Origin: Epithemia pelagica
Lineage: Eukaryota > Protista > Bacillariophyta
Length of the DNA: 64,000 bases
Reading direction: 5' to 3'
NCBI GenBank assembly: GCA_946965045.2
Contig: OX337236.1
Span: 682,001-746,000, forward strand
Shown here: piece by piece, positions 22,749 to 34,427 of the stretch
How positions within the stretch are numbered: the first letter of the stretch is position 1
Layout: each line of letters begins with the position of its first letter
The notes under the pieces: model-generated
Databases searched by the model: none
The model's input: the letters and a program-made list of their open reading frames with translations, nothing else
Told to the model about the DNA's origin: nothing
Program-made: the position numbers and the translations under genes

Positions 22749-24077
22749 GGCGCAAAATGGTCTTTTTGCAATCACGATTTCCTCTCTTCTTCTTCTTCTT
22801 TGGACGAGGTTGTTGTTGGAACAAGAGATTGTGTTGGTTGATCCAAATTATGAAAAGAAGGATGTAGTTTGTAGTGACTGTTTTGTGTGCCCTTGTTTTC
22901 TTGTGTAGACTTGGTGGTGGTAGTGCTGCTGCTGGTCGTTGAATTTATCAGATTGCTTGCGATGCGAATTCAGAAAGTGTGTTTCAAAATGGCTTTTGAC
23001 AGTCGCAATGTATGTTTCTTCCCCCCTTGTGCGTGGAAAAATGGAACAAAACATGCGTAAAGGAGGCGCCATTTGGGTTTTTTGTATACCAGCCAGCGCC
23101 AAACTGTGGAGCCTCCTCCCTCGTTGTGATCGATCCACAACTTTTGTGTACAAACTACGAACAGTGTAGGGTTCGGAATCGAGAATGTGCGATGATCCAT
23201 GGCTTGTGTGGGGAACGACCGAGAGAGTGAGAGGAGGCGGATTCAGAGAACCAATCACACACACTTCGTGCCGTCGTTTTGTCCAAAGAGTCCAGCGAAT
23301 CAGGATTAGAGGCGCTGCTGCCGATCGTAGAATGTGTCTCTCGCGGGATCACCGGTGGAAAATGTGACGGCGTCTCCCACAAAACGCCCAATCGATTTCT
23401 AAGGTCCCCCCACCAACGGGTTTGAAAGAGCGACCAACGTGAGAGAGAGGTATCGAGTCCCGTTCCGCGGATTCGAAATACTACGTCCATACTATGGAGT
23501 CTATCCCTACAGAATGTTTCGCAATGTATCAACATTACTGTTAGCAGCAACAAGTTCTACTCTCTAACAAAAGTGTGTTCCATCACGGTGTTGTCAACAA
23601 AGAAGAACCTGCAACATTGTTCGGCTACATGCGGAAGAAACCAGCGTGGTCTCTTTTACAATTGGGGGCATTTTCTGGATGCGCAAACTACGAGCCATGC
23701 GTCTCACATCGTTTGCCATCCATAGAGTGTATGCATGTGTGTTGAGAATGAGAAAATTTGGCACAATGACCCAAGATGAATGACCAGAAATGTGCGCTGC
23801 TGGAGCACTCATGTCCACGGCACATCGTTTCGTTTGGACAGTCTCTCCAAACACACACACACACATTCGTTGTATATATACTGTCTGATCCAGCGATCTT
23901 CAAAAGGGCGCCACCGCAGTGGTGGCCGAGAGTGCGTTCGTGCACCCATGAGAATGGCCATCTCACAAACCAACGTTCGGCCCACGTAAGCAAGAACCTC
24001 GTCGGTGACATGTCCATGTCTGCGTCACACACACACAAAAGTGTCTCTTGGGAGAAGAGCATTCTTCTTCCAAATTT

Positions 24078-27000
24078 TTACAAATCCACAATGCTGCCGA
24101 CACTGGGCGATTGGTGCAACCCCATTTCCTCCCGGGCCATCATCACGGCAGCCCGTTTCCTCTGTGTGGTCAACGTCAACGTCGTCCTCGTTCGACTCAT
24201 GCTATTGGATTCATCTTCCAAGGGTTCACCGCCACCTCCAACTTGTTCCGTGACATCATTGATTAATCGGGCATCGGTCCGTAACGTCGTCCCACGATTG
24301 GACCGATACATCATATTGACAAAGCGGTATCCGACAATGACGGCATCAAAGTCATAGACCTTGTGGGCATAGACCGTCTTGCCATCGGCATTGGAGGTAC
24401 CATTGAAACTCACCAGTATTTGATCAAAGGCAATGGCCCTGCGAACGCCCTTGACGTTGCACATTTCAAAGGGCCACTGTCCACCACAGGCTTGAATGGT
24501 TTCCCGAATTTCCGGTTTTAAAATGGGCGAATCTTCATCCAAACTGTGCCGGACAATCCATGTATGTTGCATAAAGGGGTGGCTATGCGTTTCTACTTCC
24601 AGCCTCGAAAAGATTCGTTGAGGAACCAAATGTCCAGTAGCATCTTCTTCGTAGGATTGGGGCAAGGTGGGATTTGTGGATGACTGATTGTGGTGGCTGT
24701 GATGATGATGATGACTGTGATGACGATGGTGATGATTTTGTTGACCCGAATGTTCCATGAAATCACCAAACCCAATAATCGAAGTGGATGAGTTCAATGC
24801 CTTGAGTCCAGTTCTGTCTTTTTTGCCCTTTTTCTTTCGTTTCTTTTTACTCGTCTTGTGCGTGTTGTGATTGGATTCCAACACTTGATGGGCATCAATA
24901 CTGGCCACCATATTCACAGTGGCATCCATGATTTGACCCACGGGAACATCGCTGAGACGATTCACCAATTGAAACTCGAGAACCGGACAAGGCATTAATC
25001 CTTCTTCGTCGAGGGTCGTCGTCGAGGATACACCAAAATCACTGACACTGCTGGTACAGTGACGTGCCCCGTTCATGTTGCTACTGCTGCTGTGACGGAA
25101 GCTTCCATGATGGCTTCCATTCCGAAGGTGATGATGGCTTCCATTCCGGAGGTGATGATGATGATGCTTGTGGTGATGAGAATGTCGATCGCGTGGTCCT
25201 TCGTCGGAATCATCCACCAAGACACCGGAACCATAGCGAATGACAATGGGTTCACTAAATTGAACCTGAGCAAAGCTTTGTGCCCGTCCTACCTTGGCAA
25301 AGGTCACGGCCACCATAAAACTGGCAAACAAGACACCCACAAAGGCTTCCAGTGAGACAATAATGGTCAAACCGGTACATTTACGAATATCCGGTTCATT
25401 TGCCGAAATACCCGAATGAATCACACCGTATCCAACCTATCCAACCACAAGAGTCATGAAGCCAACCACAAGTGAGTATGGAATCCATATATTTGGTTGA
25501 TTCTTGTTCCTGTTCCATCCACGTACCGTACTAAAGGTGGTCCAACTCAAGGCAAAGGCATCGGTAAAGTAATCGGTGGTAAAGTCGACACCACCAATGC
25601 ATTTGGGATGTTTGTGGCCAATACTCCAAATGGGTACGGCAAACAAGAGCGTAAGGGCCAAAAACACGACAAAGGCCGACAAAATAACAGCCACCAAGGC
25701 ACTTCGAAAACACCAATGCAAATAATCAATCACCAATTGTTCAAAGCTGAGTGAACAACAGGTCAAGCGCGTTGTGCTGTTGATATCGTCCCATTCCACG
25801 TGCATGCCAAACTTTTGAAACAAGCGAAAATAGGCAAACTGTTCTTGACCACGGCGACATCGGAGCGTGTATTGTTTGGGAGGACGAGAGGAATCCGTGG
25901 CCGCGGTCTCACTCTTGCCACCGCTGCTAACACTTCGGAACCGTGTCATGAGTTCGTCACGATGATGATGAAGATGATGAGAGGATCCAATGCTGCGACG
26001 TGCAACACCTGTCGATGCCATGAGTGCCCCTCGTAAGGAGGGTCCCAAGGCAGGTTGGACCAAGTCCAGTTCTTGTCGATTGTCCACAAGCAAACCATCC
26101 GAGGTTGTCGTTGCTGCCATGGCTTCTTCTGCTTCTTCTTCTTGGAGTGGTCGTTGCTCTGGTACTTGCAATTGTCCGTGTTCAATATCATCTTCGTCGT
26201 CCGAATCCACAAGCATGTGTAGGCTGGAGGAGGGAGTTCGTGGACAGGGCAGATGCAATGCCCTCATCAATCCATGTCGTTGTCGAGTCGCATGTCCCAT
26301 GGCATCCATGGAGGACATGTGACGTTCCAAGACCCGATACCGATGGTGCGACGTTGTGGTTCCCAAACTACTGCCGGTAGCCGTCGTATGATCGCTCAAC
26401 AAGCGATCACGGCTGCTGCTTCCACCACCACCACCACCTTCAACCACATCCAGAACACGAGCCACATAGGACAAGGAGGAAGATATATCGTGGTCCTTGG
26501 CGTCACTGTCTTTTTCTTCATCTTCCGATGGAGCCAACAAATTGACATCTTCCATAAAACTCACAGTTTTGCTAGATTTCAATTCACTCACAACATTCCC
26601 AAGCCGATGATGGTCCATTTTCTGGTTGTTGTTGTCGTCGTCACTGTTGCTGCTGCTACTACTTGAACTGCTACTGCTGCTGCTGCTCTCAATAAAATTG
26701 TGATCCCCTTCTGGGTGGGCGATCGGCAACCGTGCAACGGATTCAATGGAAGCAGGAGGAGTAGTGGTATTCGTATCTTCTTCTTCTTCTTCCCCCAGCT
26801 CCCAAGGAGCCGGATCATCCTTGTAGTTTGTGGTTGTGGTGGTGCCGTCATTGCTGCCTTGCATTGGAATGTCGTCATCCGACGTGGGGGAAGAGTGGTT
26901 CGGTTTTGTGCTTTCGCGGTCGCTCATTATAGTGGGTATTGTGCTGGGTGCGGAAAAGGTCGTGTTGCTGGTGCTGTGGCGGCTCATGATCATGGTGCTG

Positions 27001-27107
27001 TCCTCCGTGTCTTCGGTTACTTGCTCCACCGTTGATCCGGTTTTGGAAGCATGATTCCTTGCTGCAACTGACGACGGTGCGGCCCGCTCTACTTCCTTCT
27101 TTCCCAT
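24078..27107 (-). CDS. Inward-rectifier-type (Kir/IRK) potassium channel; exons 27107-25527 and 25436-24078
   Basis: TM1, pore helix FTDAFALSWTTFST|VGYG (90-nt intron 25526-25437 falls just before the filter), TM2 LEAFVGVLFASF..AKV, and cytoplasmic FSEPIVI, PCPVLEF, HPF...WIVRHSLDEDSP motifs. Confidence 0.85.
25107..25154. repeat. Two tandem 24-bp units encoding HLRNGSHH repeats in the Kir cytoplasmic domain
   Basis: ATGATGGCTTCCATTCCGAAGGTG / ATGATGGCTTCCATTCCGGAGGTG (one mismatch). Confidence 0.9.
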
Positions 27108-27565
27108 GCTCCCCTTTTGTTGTGTGTCTTTGTCTGCAGCTTGCAAAAGAAAGAGGATGATGTGGACGAGTGACTGTCCATCCGCAGCACCATCGTCCCC
27201 GATCCCTGAACCAATCAAAACACACGGATCAGGCCGTTCCTTGATATTCTGCAAAAACAAAAATCGACACATGACATCACCTTTTTGTAGACAATTGCGC
27301 GACACGCCGTCCTTTGGCATTTACAAAACCAAAACCTATAACCGCACTTTTTCCCCCAAGGCCCCCAATAGTCCCCATATTCACTTTCATGATTTGAATA
27401 CTACAATTATCAAAGTAAGACATTAGGAGGACGTTCCGTCTTCCTCTTCATTGAGGTTAGGGGGACCGTTGGAGTCGAACGCGCGCCGTTCAAATCCTAA
27501 ACCGTCATTTTTGTTTCTGTAGGGCCCAATGTACACTAGCAAGAAGAAAGCACTATCCCTAATGT

Positions 27566-27680
27566 CTGTTCAGCTTTTGCCGGCCTGCAAAAGTTGGACC
27601 CAACTTTTGCAGCCTCAAAAGCTGAAACAGCGTCGAACCCGGATTTGATGCCATATTTCCGGGTTTTTTGTGACGTGTCA
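27566..27680. repeat. Cluster of inverted repeats; about 65-nt near-perfect hairpin plus two smaller palindromes
   Basis: CTGCAAAAGTTGG-AC-CCAACTTTTGCAG (27585-27612) nested in TTCAGCTTTTG/CAAAAGCTGAA (27569-27626); AACCCGGA...TCCGGGTT (27636-27665); GTGAC-GT-GTCAC nearby. Confidence 0.85.
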
Positions 27681-28297
27681 CCCTCCAACTTTTGTTTTTG
27701 CAGAATATCAAGGAACGGCCTCAGAGACACAGCAGAGACATCCCATGCAAAAACATGGTACACGTCTCACTACAGTAAATTTAATGTTTGAAAATGTGTA
27801 CACCTCACGATGCCCCTGGTGGAACATTGGGATTTGGGGGAGAACAGAATTCTCACTCAAACAACTCCAAACAAAAAACTCAATCAACGACTAGATATAT
27901 CTACCTGCAGAAAGGTTCGACCACCACCGCAACACGCCGCATGCCCCCTGTTACAATCTTGGAAGCGGAATCTTCACCATTGCTGGAGAATGAACTACAG
28001 GACTGGCTGCGAATTGCATGGCTCTTGGTTCCTGGACGTACTTCAGGGACTAGTCGTGTCTGGAAACACAAAACAAAGGAACCACAACCATCCATTAGAG
28101 AAAACCATGAGAGGGAACCATAGGAGAGACTCGAATCACCCAAAGCCCTCTGTCATTCGATCTATGGTTGGCATGAATCCCAGACTAGCTTCATTGGTAT
28201 CAAACCAAATGGTTTCTCGCCATGTCTTGATAGTACGACAGGTAAACGGCATTTTTATTGGGAATCAATCACGAGCAAACTCTCAAGACACACACAA

Positions 28298-28941
28298 CTA
28301 GAATAATACACCCAACAAAAAAAAACAAGGAGACACACCTTGGTGTGTATGGGACGAGATCTGAGCAAGGGCTTGGGCCACGGCTCGACTTACAGGATAC
28401 ATGACCTGTACATAGAGAGAAGCAAAACGAGAGAACTACCATGAGAGAGGACACAGAGTAATCGTCGTCGTCGTGGTTGTTTGTTGAGGCGTACCGTAAA
28501 ATAGTGTCCTTGAATGTGTTGCACGAATTGCCCACCCATGCCTTGGATGCCATAACATCCTGCCTTATTCATGGGTTCTCCCGTTGCCACATAGGCTTGG
28601 ATATCCGTCGATTGCAAGGTAGCAAAGGTCACCTCGGTCGTATCCACAAAGGACGACATGAGTTGGACTTGGTGGTGGTGGTGGTTCGTGTCATTGCTTT
28701 GTTGGAGGATAGCATACAGTGCCACGCCCGTGAGCTTAAAATGCGTTCGACCCGACAATCGGGCCAAGGTCTCTTGTGCTTCGGAAACACTTGTGGGTTT
28801 TTCCAAAATGACACCATCCAAATGGGCAATGGTATCACTTCCCAAAATTAGGAGGGGAGTAACTAAGTGTTCATACATACAGATTCTTTTTTGTGCGACC
28901 AGATTCTCGCCCCTGCTTGGGGGTACCTCGACCCTCGACAC
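28298..28941 (-). pseudogene. maf: Maf/YhdE-family nucleotide pyrophosphatase, 5'-truncated and degenerate
   Basis: LILGSDTIAHLDGVILEKP...EAQETLARLSGRTH...TGEPMNKAGCYGIQGMGG, with an 89-nt intron 28494-28406. The N-terminal LASASPRR motif is absent, there is no ATG before the partial N-terminus, and DKAG>NKAG, GDY>GHY and VMGLP>VMYP are altered. Confidence 0.7.
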
Positions 28942-29036
28942 CCATCACTTTGCTGCTTTTGGATTTTTGGAGACCAAAAAGAGAGAGCACATCATGTGCA
29001 ATCAGCTAAAGTATAACGCGCAGAAGAGTTTCCACC

Positions 29037-30647
29037 ATGGCTAGTAGTGTATCATCGAAGAGCGTCGACAGGAAAGGAAAGCACTATGAGTGGAAAAGCT
29101 GCTCGATTGATGTATCGTCTCTTTTTCCGGAGGAAAACTTTCCTCCCGTCGGCACTGTTCTTAACTTGTATGCTGTTCTGAAAGACTTGTCCGCCGAAAA
29201 AGAGTTCTTTTTGTCTCGTCAGCTTTATGTTCGGAATGAAATGGAACAGTTATTTCGAGAGATGCAAATGAGAGAAGCTGCACGGAGCCACATTGTGACT
29301 GGATCGCCCGGTATTGGAAAATCTCTCGTCTTTTTCCTTGTTGCCATCTTTCGAGCAGCAAAAGAGCAGAAGCGAATATTTTACTTTCGCTGTACCGCAA
29401 ACGCGCAAGAAGATGCAAGCTCTTTTTTTCTCGAAAAAGGCACCGAGGAGAACTCGGTCCACGTGCATTTTACTCGAACCATAGAGAAGGTCAACGAGAC
29501 CAATATCTCTCCTCCCGGCCTTTTCAAAAAGGCTTTGTTTGACTTATCACTGGAGGGTCAATCGACCAGGGACTTGGTCATTATGATTGACGGGGTTGAG
29601 CCAAGTTTGTACAATTCATTTGGGCGAATTTTCTCCCTGTGTACATCAGGCGGTGGCATACGCATCACAAGCGAAATGTGGGCGGGAGAAACAAATTTCC
29701 ATGCTGATTACGATCCTACCCCTTCGGTAACCAATATTGTCATGGGCGCGTGGAGCTTTAACGATCTGAAAATGGCTGTCAAGCGTTGTCGAGATGATGC
29801 GGGTAGGCCTTTTGACGACGAATTATTTGAAAACATTTATTTCGTGACGGGTGGGCGCATTCGTGACGCTATGATCATGTACAACTCAAAGCAAGTGATG
29901 ACGGAATATGCGAATCGAATCGTCCAAAGAGTATCAAAAGGTGTCGCAAAATTGGCTTTGATGCGAGTTGACGAGATGTCATCGTCTGAGCACGTGGATG
30001 CATTACGTTCCATCTTCCGCCGCCAAGACCACACCTCGAGGAGAGATTTTGATGCTGTCGATATTCTGGTGGACAGCCATTTTCTGGTGCGAAAATTGCA
30101 TGACAAAGTGGACGGAGATGAGATTTTAAGGTCCTATCATTCTGCTTTGGACCGCGGAATGAGGAGAGCCGCGGGTGACTACTTTGAAGAGTTACTTCAT
30201 TGGTGTATGTGCCGGCCAGGGAAGTTCGACAGCATCTCGGGCTTCCTAAACACTACTGGCTGTGGAACTGTCGAAGAAAGTGTGCGGATGCTGAAAACGA
30301 GTGATTGCTACTGGATTCCTAGTATCCCAAATTTTGTCAACGTGGACTCTGCCATTGTAAGGGATGACGATCGGCTGTTTTGCTTTCAATACGCAATCCA
30401 GCCGACCCATACATACAAAACACTAAGGATTCGACCGAAATTGCTGAACAATTTGTGGACAACGATTTCGGAAACCACAATTATCTTTGTGACACCGGCG
30501 GGTGTGCAATTTACACCCCCTAGCGATGCCGCCACCGAATGCAATGTGAAAGTGATGCACGTCTGCTGTGACAGTCTTCAAGACGTCAACGAAGGCCTTA
30601 CGAAGGTTGTTGCCGAAACAATGGCCGCACCATCAACAATGGAATGA
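29037..30647 (+). CDS. Crinkler/RHS-type (CR) protein: P-loop NTPase + C-terminal restriction-endonuclease-like domain, 536 aa, intronless
   Basis: LYVRNEM...IVTGSPGIGKS (Walker A), VIMIDG (Walker B), GGRIR helical motif, GDYFEELLH, and WIPSIPNFVNVDSAI...FCFQYAIQPTH (PD-(D/E)xK-like with Q and His), as typical of CR effectors. Confidence 0.75.
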   Translation: MASSVSSKSVDRKGKHYEWKSCSIDVSSLFPEENFPPVGTVLNLYAVLKDLSAEKEFFLSRQLYVRNEMEQLFREMQMREAARSHIVTGSPGIGKSLVFFLVAIFRAAKEQKRIFYFRCTANAQEDASSFFLEKGTEENSVHVHFTRTIEKVNETNISPPGLFKKALFDLSLEGQSTRDLVIMIDGVEPSLYNSFGRIFSLCTSGGGIRITSEMWAGETNFHADYDPTPSVTNIVMGAWSFNDLKMAVKRCRDDAGRPFDDELFENIYFVTGGRIRDAMIMYNSKQVMTEYANRIVQRVSKGVAKLALMRVDEMSSSEHVDALRSIFRRQDHTSRRDFDAVDILVDSHFLVRKLHDKVDGDEILRSYHSALDRGMRRAAGDYFEELLHWCMCRPGKFDSISGFLNTTGCGTVEESVRMLKTSDCYWIPSIPNFVNVDSAIVRDDDRLFCFQYAIQPTHTYKTLRIRPKLLNNLWTTISETTIIFVTPAGVQFTPPSDAATECNVKVMHVCCDSLQDVNEGLTKVVAETMAAPSTME

Positions 30648-30825
30648 AGAGAACAGCATTCAGTACGTGTTGCAGAAATGGCAACGGGTAGCTAGTTTAC
30701 TCTTGGTGTAGGTGGTAACACTGACTGTATGTCTGAAAGGACAAGCTCCTCATCTCTCTCTTGGTCATCTTAGTGTCTTCTATGGGATATTGCTATTCTC
30801 TACAATGTAGTCTTCTTGTTGTTCA

Positions 30826-33372
30826 TTATTGTGGTGTGGATTTGGGTTTGACGCCCACCCATCGTTGAATCAAATCGTGTTGGTTGTTAAAGGTGGGACC
30901 TGTATGGCCACCTCGTTGCAAAATTTCCAACGTTTGAATTTCGTACTTGCGCTGCTTCACACCCCCCACGGATACCGGTCTCAAATAGTCCTTGATATGC
31001 GCAGGAATGTGCGGTTCCAAACTCGCCAGGGTATTCTCGGATGGTACCAACTCTTCGGCATCCAACGACGACGACGGTTTCACGGCTCCCAGCAACCCCA
31101 ATTCGTTCTTGGCGTCCGCTGCCGTCGATGAAAAAGATTGGTCCGCATGTTTATCCTCTCGTCGTTGAATCACATGACATACGTACATGGTACCACCCGG
31201 TTGCAAAATCTCCCACGACTGTTTCACAACCCGTTCCGCCGTGGCCGGTGTCAGCGGATTGGCCAAAAAGGTTAAACTAACAATGGGGTAATGCTCCACT
31301 TGGTGTTGCGTCGGCACATTGTTTCGTACATGTTGCGCCGTGGGGAGTTTGGCTTCTTCGTCTCGATCCTTGAGGGATGCTGGAGAAACCGGAGACGGGC
31401 TCAGCGGCCCACGTCGTTTGGCATGGGTCAAGCCTGTCCGAAAGTTGGTAAAGGAAAACTTGGAATCCTTTTCATCTCCCGTTTGGGGTGTCAATGGAGT
31501 CGGCGATAGGGGAGTGTAGTAACTTTTTCGCTTGGTGGCAAGCGGGGAAGAAGTGGGCATGGAGCGAGGACTCGACAAGACATTACTCTCGACACTGGTA
31601 TTCACATCCACATGGGCTGGTGGTGGTGGTGGTGGTTGTCGTCGTTTGGGACACTGGTTCTCTTTTTGACACAATGATGATACAGTTGGATCCTTCCTGT
31701 CTTTGGTATGGTCCTTCTGCTGATTGGTTTTCTCAGTTTCGTTCACCACCAGTGGAGGTCGTCCAATCCAATTGCAGCCTCCGCGACTGGCCAACCGACG
31801 CAAGGCATCAAATTGTTTGGTCGACTCCTTCACTTGGTCATCAATCGAAAGAGCCGGACTGACAGTGGTTTTCTTTCCGAGTGATGGGCGCGACGGTGAC
31901 TTTTCTCGAATTGGAGACAGTTGACTGAGGTTCTGGAGAGCCGATGGGAAATCCGGCAAGACATCCAAGTCACTTTCGTCCTGCGACAAGAAGGACGCAG
32001 TCGTTGACTGTAGCGAGCCGGGAATCTCCACCGAAGGATCGGAAGCGTGAGTCATGAGCGACGTTGAGACAGCATCTTGTTGTATTTGTTCTGGCTCATT
32101 GCTTTCTTCCAGTTTCAGCGCTGGAGACTGAAGAACCACATCGTCTTTCTCCCGTCCCTCAGGAAAGGAGGTATGGGATGTCGACAAGGTTTGACTGCAA
32201 TCATCGTCCTGGTCCACTCTAGCACCAAAGTGCCCATGGTATTCCAGTTTACTGTCATCCACTTCGGACAAATTCTTTTGCAAGGTCGGCAGGGCCAAGC
32301 TATCTTCATCCGAGCAATAAGAGGAGGTCTCCTCTTGGCCCTCAGACCGTGTCTCGGACAAATCCAGATTCAAATCCTCCAAAAATAAGCTAGGCAGAGA
32401 GCCCACACCATCCTCCTCATCTTCGACAGGTTGCCCACTACCCACATTGTCAGTTTCCAATACGAGACGAAATTGACTTTCCGAGGGTGCAACCGAAGAG
32501 ACTAGTGTGGATGAATCTTCATCCAACGAGACTTCATGCTGCTGTTCGTCACTATATACTGTGATTTCTTCGTATTCCGAAGCAGGATACGCCGCGGGGG
32601 AAAGGCACGATTCATAGTCAAATTCGACAATATGCTCCGAGCCATGATACAGCTGCTCCTCTCCCTCCTTGTCATCCAGTAGCAACTCCCAGGATCCGGT
32701 CAATCCAATCGACTCTATTCGTGTGTGGCCTCGCGATTCAGTCGTCAACGGACTCAGAGGTCGTTCGGGTGAATCAAAATAGGATATTTCCGGCGACTCA
32801 TCTATATCATTGTCAATCTGTGAAGCTGGATCATCATGTAAACTGGAGGCTATCGCAGGGGGATGCAGAGGTGAGCAGGATGAAGAAACCTGTGAAGACG
32901 CGCATGACGAGGACGCTGTAAACAGTCGCGTGGCTTTTTGTGCGGAAATCAACTGGAAGCTTCCCGGATCTTGTCGCGTCTCGTGGGGAAGCGATCCGGA
33001 AGAAAGTATTCTGGGTTGTTCTGGAGTCACCATGGGCAATCGCAAATCCGGTGAGGCTTCTCCCGAAAGAGACAAGAGAGCTGCATAGGTTTCTTCCGCT
33101 GTACTATTGGTGACGGGTGTATCGTGTCCACACGTGTCTCGTTTGGTACTGATCGAGGATGGATCCGAGTGACGACGCGGATAGAGCCTTCTCATGGTTT
33201 CGGAAGAAGCAGATTGATTGTGAATGGAAAGGTCGCTACTGCAATTGCTACTGCTTCCGGTATGAGTGGTAGGAGTAGTGGTGGTAACACAAGTGGTAGT
33301 TGTTTCATTGCGCGGTCTCTTGGAGGCCGTCCAAACCGGAGGGGAAGATTCCATTGGTGATGATAATGTCAT
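30826..33372 (-). CDS. Hypothetical protein (about 848 aa), mostly disordered, with a C-terminal fragment resembling a class I methyltransferase
   Basis: Long uninterrupted ORF with S/E/P-rich composition; YPIVSLTFLANPL...VVKQSWEILQPGGTMYV resembles the post-motif-II part of SAM methyltransferases. Confidence 0.65.
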   Translation of the reverse strand: MTLSSPMESSPPVWTASKRPRNETTTTCVTTTTPTTHTGSSSNCSSDLSIHNQSASSETMRRLYPRRHSDPSSISTKRDTCGHDTPVTNSTAEETYAALLSLSGEASPDLRLPMVTPEQPRILSSGSLPHETRQDPGSFQLISAQKATRLFTASSSCASSQVSSSCSPLHPPAIASSLHDDPASQIDNDIDESPEISYFDSPERPLSPLTTESRGHTRIESIGLTGSWELLLDDKEGEEQLYHGSEHIVEFDYESCLSPAAYPASEYEEITVYSDEQQHEVSLDEDSSTLVSSVAPSESQFRLVLETDNVGSGQPVEDEEDGVGSLPSLFLEDLNLDLSETRSEGQEETSSYCSDEDSLALPTLQKNLSEVDDSKLEYHGHFGARVDQDDDCSQTLSTSHTSFPEGREKDDVVLQSPALKLEESNEPEQIQQDAVSTSLMTHASDPSVEIPGSLQSTTASFLSQDESDLDVLPDFPSALQNLSQLSPIREKSPSRPSLGKKTTVSPALSIDDQVKESTKQFDALRRLASRGGCNWIGRPPLVVNETEKTNQQKDHTKDRKDPTVSSLCQKENQCPKRRQPPPPPPAHVDVNTSVESNVLSSPRSMPTSSPLATKRKSYYTPLSPTPLTPQTGDEKDSKFSFTNFRTGLTHAKRRGPLSPSPVSPASLKDRDEEAKLPTAQHVRNNVPTQHQVEHYPIVSLTFLANPLTPATAERVVKQSWEILQPGGTMYVCHVIQRREDKHADQSFSSTAADAKNELGLLGAVKPSSSLDAEELVPSENTLASLEPHIPAHIKDYLRPVSVGGVKQRKYEIQTLEILQRGGHTGPTFNNQHDLIQRWVGVKPKSTPQ

Positions 33373-34427
33373 TTTGTAAAACTCAGGACTCACGAAAACG
33401 TATTGTTGGGTTTGCGTGTTTGGTTTTCAATTCGCAAGGAGCGCGGTTTTCAGGATTGTTGATGGGACTGATGGGTCAAGCACCTCTTTTCCTGGTGCAA
33501 AAGGCGATTCTCAATCTCAATGTTTGGCAACAACGAAAGTCGCTCTTGGAATGGAACGAGAAAGAGCACCGCTGATCCCAACACTGCTCAGCAGTAATCC
33601 GGCGATGCAGTATAGTGGTGTGTGTTTAATTCGTCGCGTGTGTGTGGGGTAGGAGAATCTGTGGTGTGGTGTTTGTTGTTGCCAACCGCGAAACGTGGCC
33701 CAGGTTTTTTGGGAAGGCGTCGCAAGTCGCAAGGAGAACAGAGAGGGTTTAATACTGCACGTATACGCCAATCGGACTATCGGGAGGCATGTGCTATGGA
33801 TCGATTCGTCCCTTTGGTGTGTCGCGTTGTGTTTGCTTCCTTCCTCCTCCGAGCAACAGCCTAAACAAGGAGGCAGGCTTATACTCGATTGCGCCAACCG
33901 TGCATTTGGGCCAACGTTGTGTTTGCAAAGTGACACAGAGCCCATGCGGTTTCTGCATCCAATCGCTACAAGACCCGAAAGATCTACTTCTCACATGATA
34001 GGTTAAAATTTCTGGAGACGAAAACGTAAACGAGAAAATGGTACAACCGACCACTGCACCGTAATATATTTTAACAAATGTTGGTAAAATTGAAGTGTCA
34101 TAGCGTTAGAAATTAGAATAATTATGTCACCAACAGATTTGCGAGTCATCAAACGGACGATTGGAAATGCTACAGAGAATTCTGTAACCGTAGAGCACGA
34201 CGGGTCTCCCACTTCCCGCTCGCAGGGGCAATACACCGATATAAGTGGACGTTCCGCTGGAAGTTCCCCCATCTATGCCCGGCGCGATGCATGTCCGGCT
34301 AAATGAAAACGGAGACTTAAGGGTGGTGGGCGTTGGCGTGACACGATCCAAGTGCACGACTTGGTTACTTAGACCCTACTTGCGACATCGGAGTGTTTGC
34401 ACCAGAGCGTTATACTCGTACCGGTAC

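Noticed and set aside
23400-23480. tRNA-like GTATCGAGTCCCG segment
   Set aside because: No acceptor stem, D arm or anticodon arm could be folded.
27788-28301. Overlapping plus-strand ORFs (111 and 163 aa) between the hairpin cluster and Maf
   Set aside because: Interrupted by stops and no recognisable motif; may be a decayed gene but cannot be supported.
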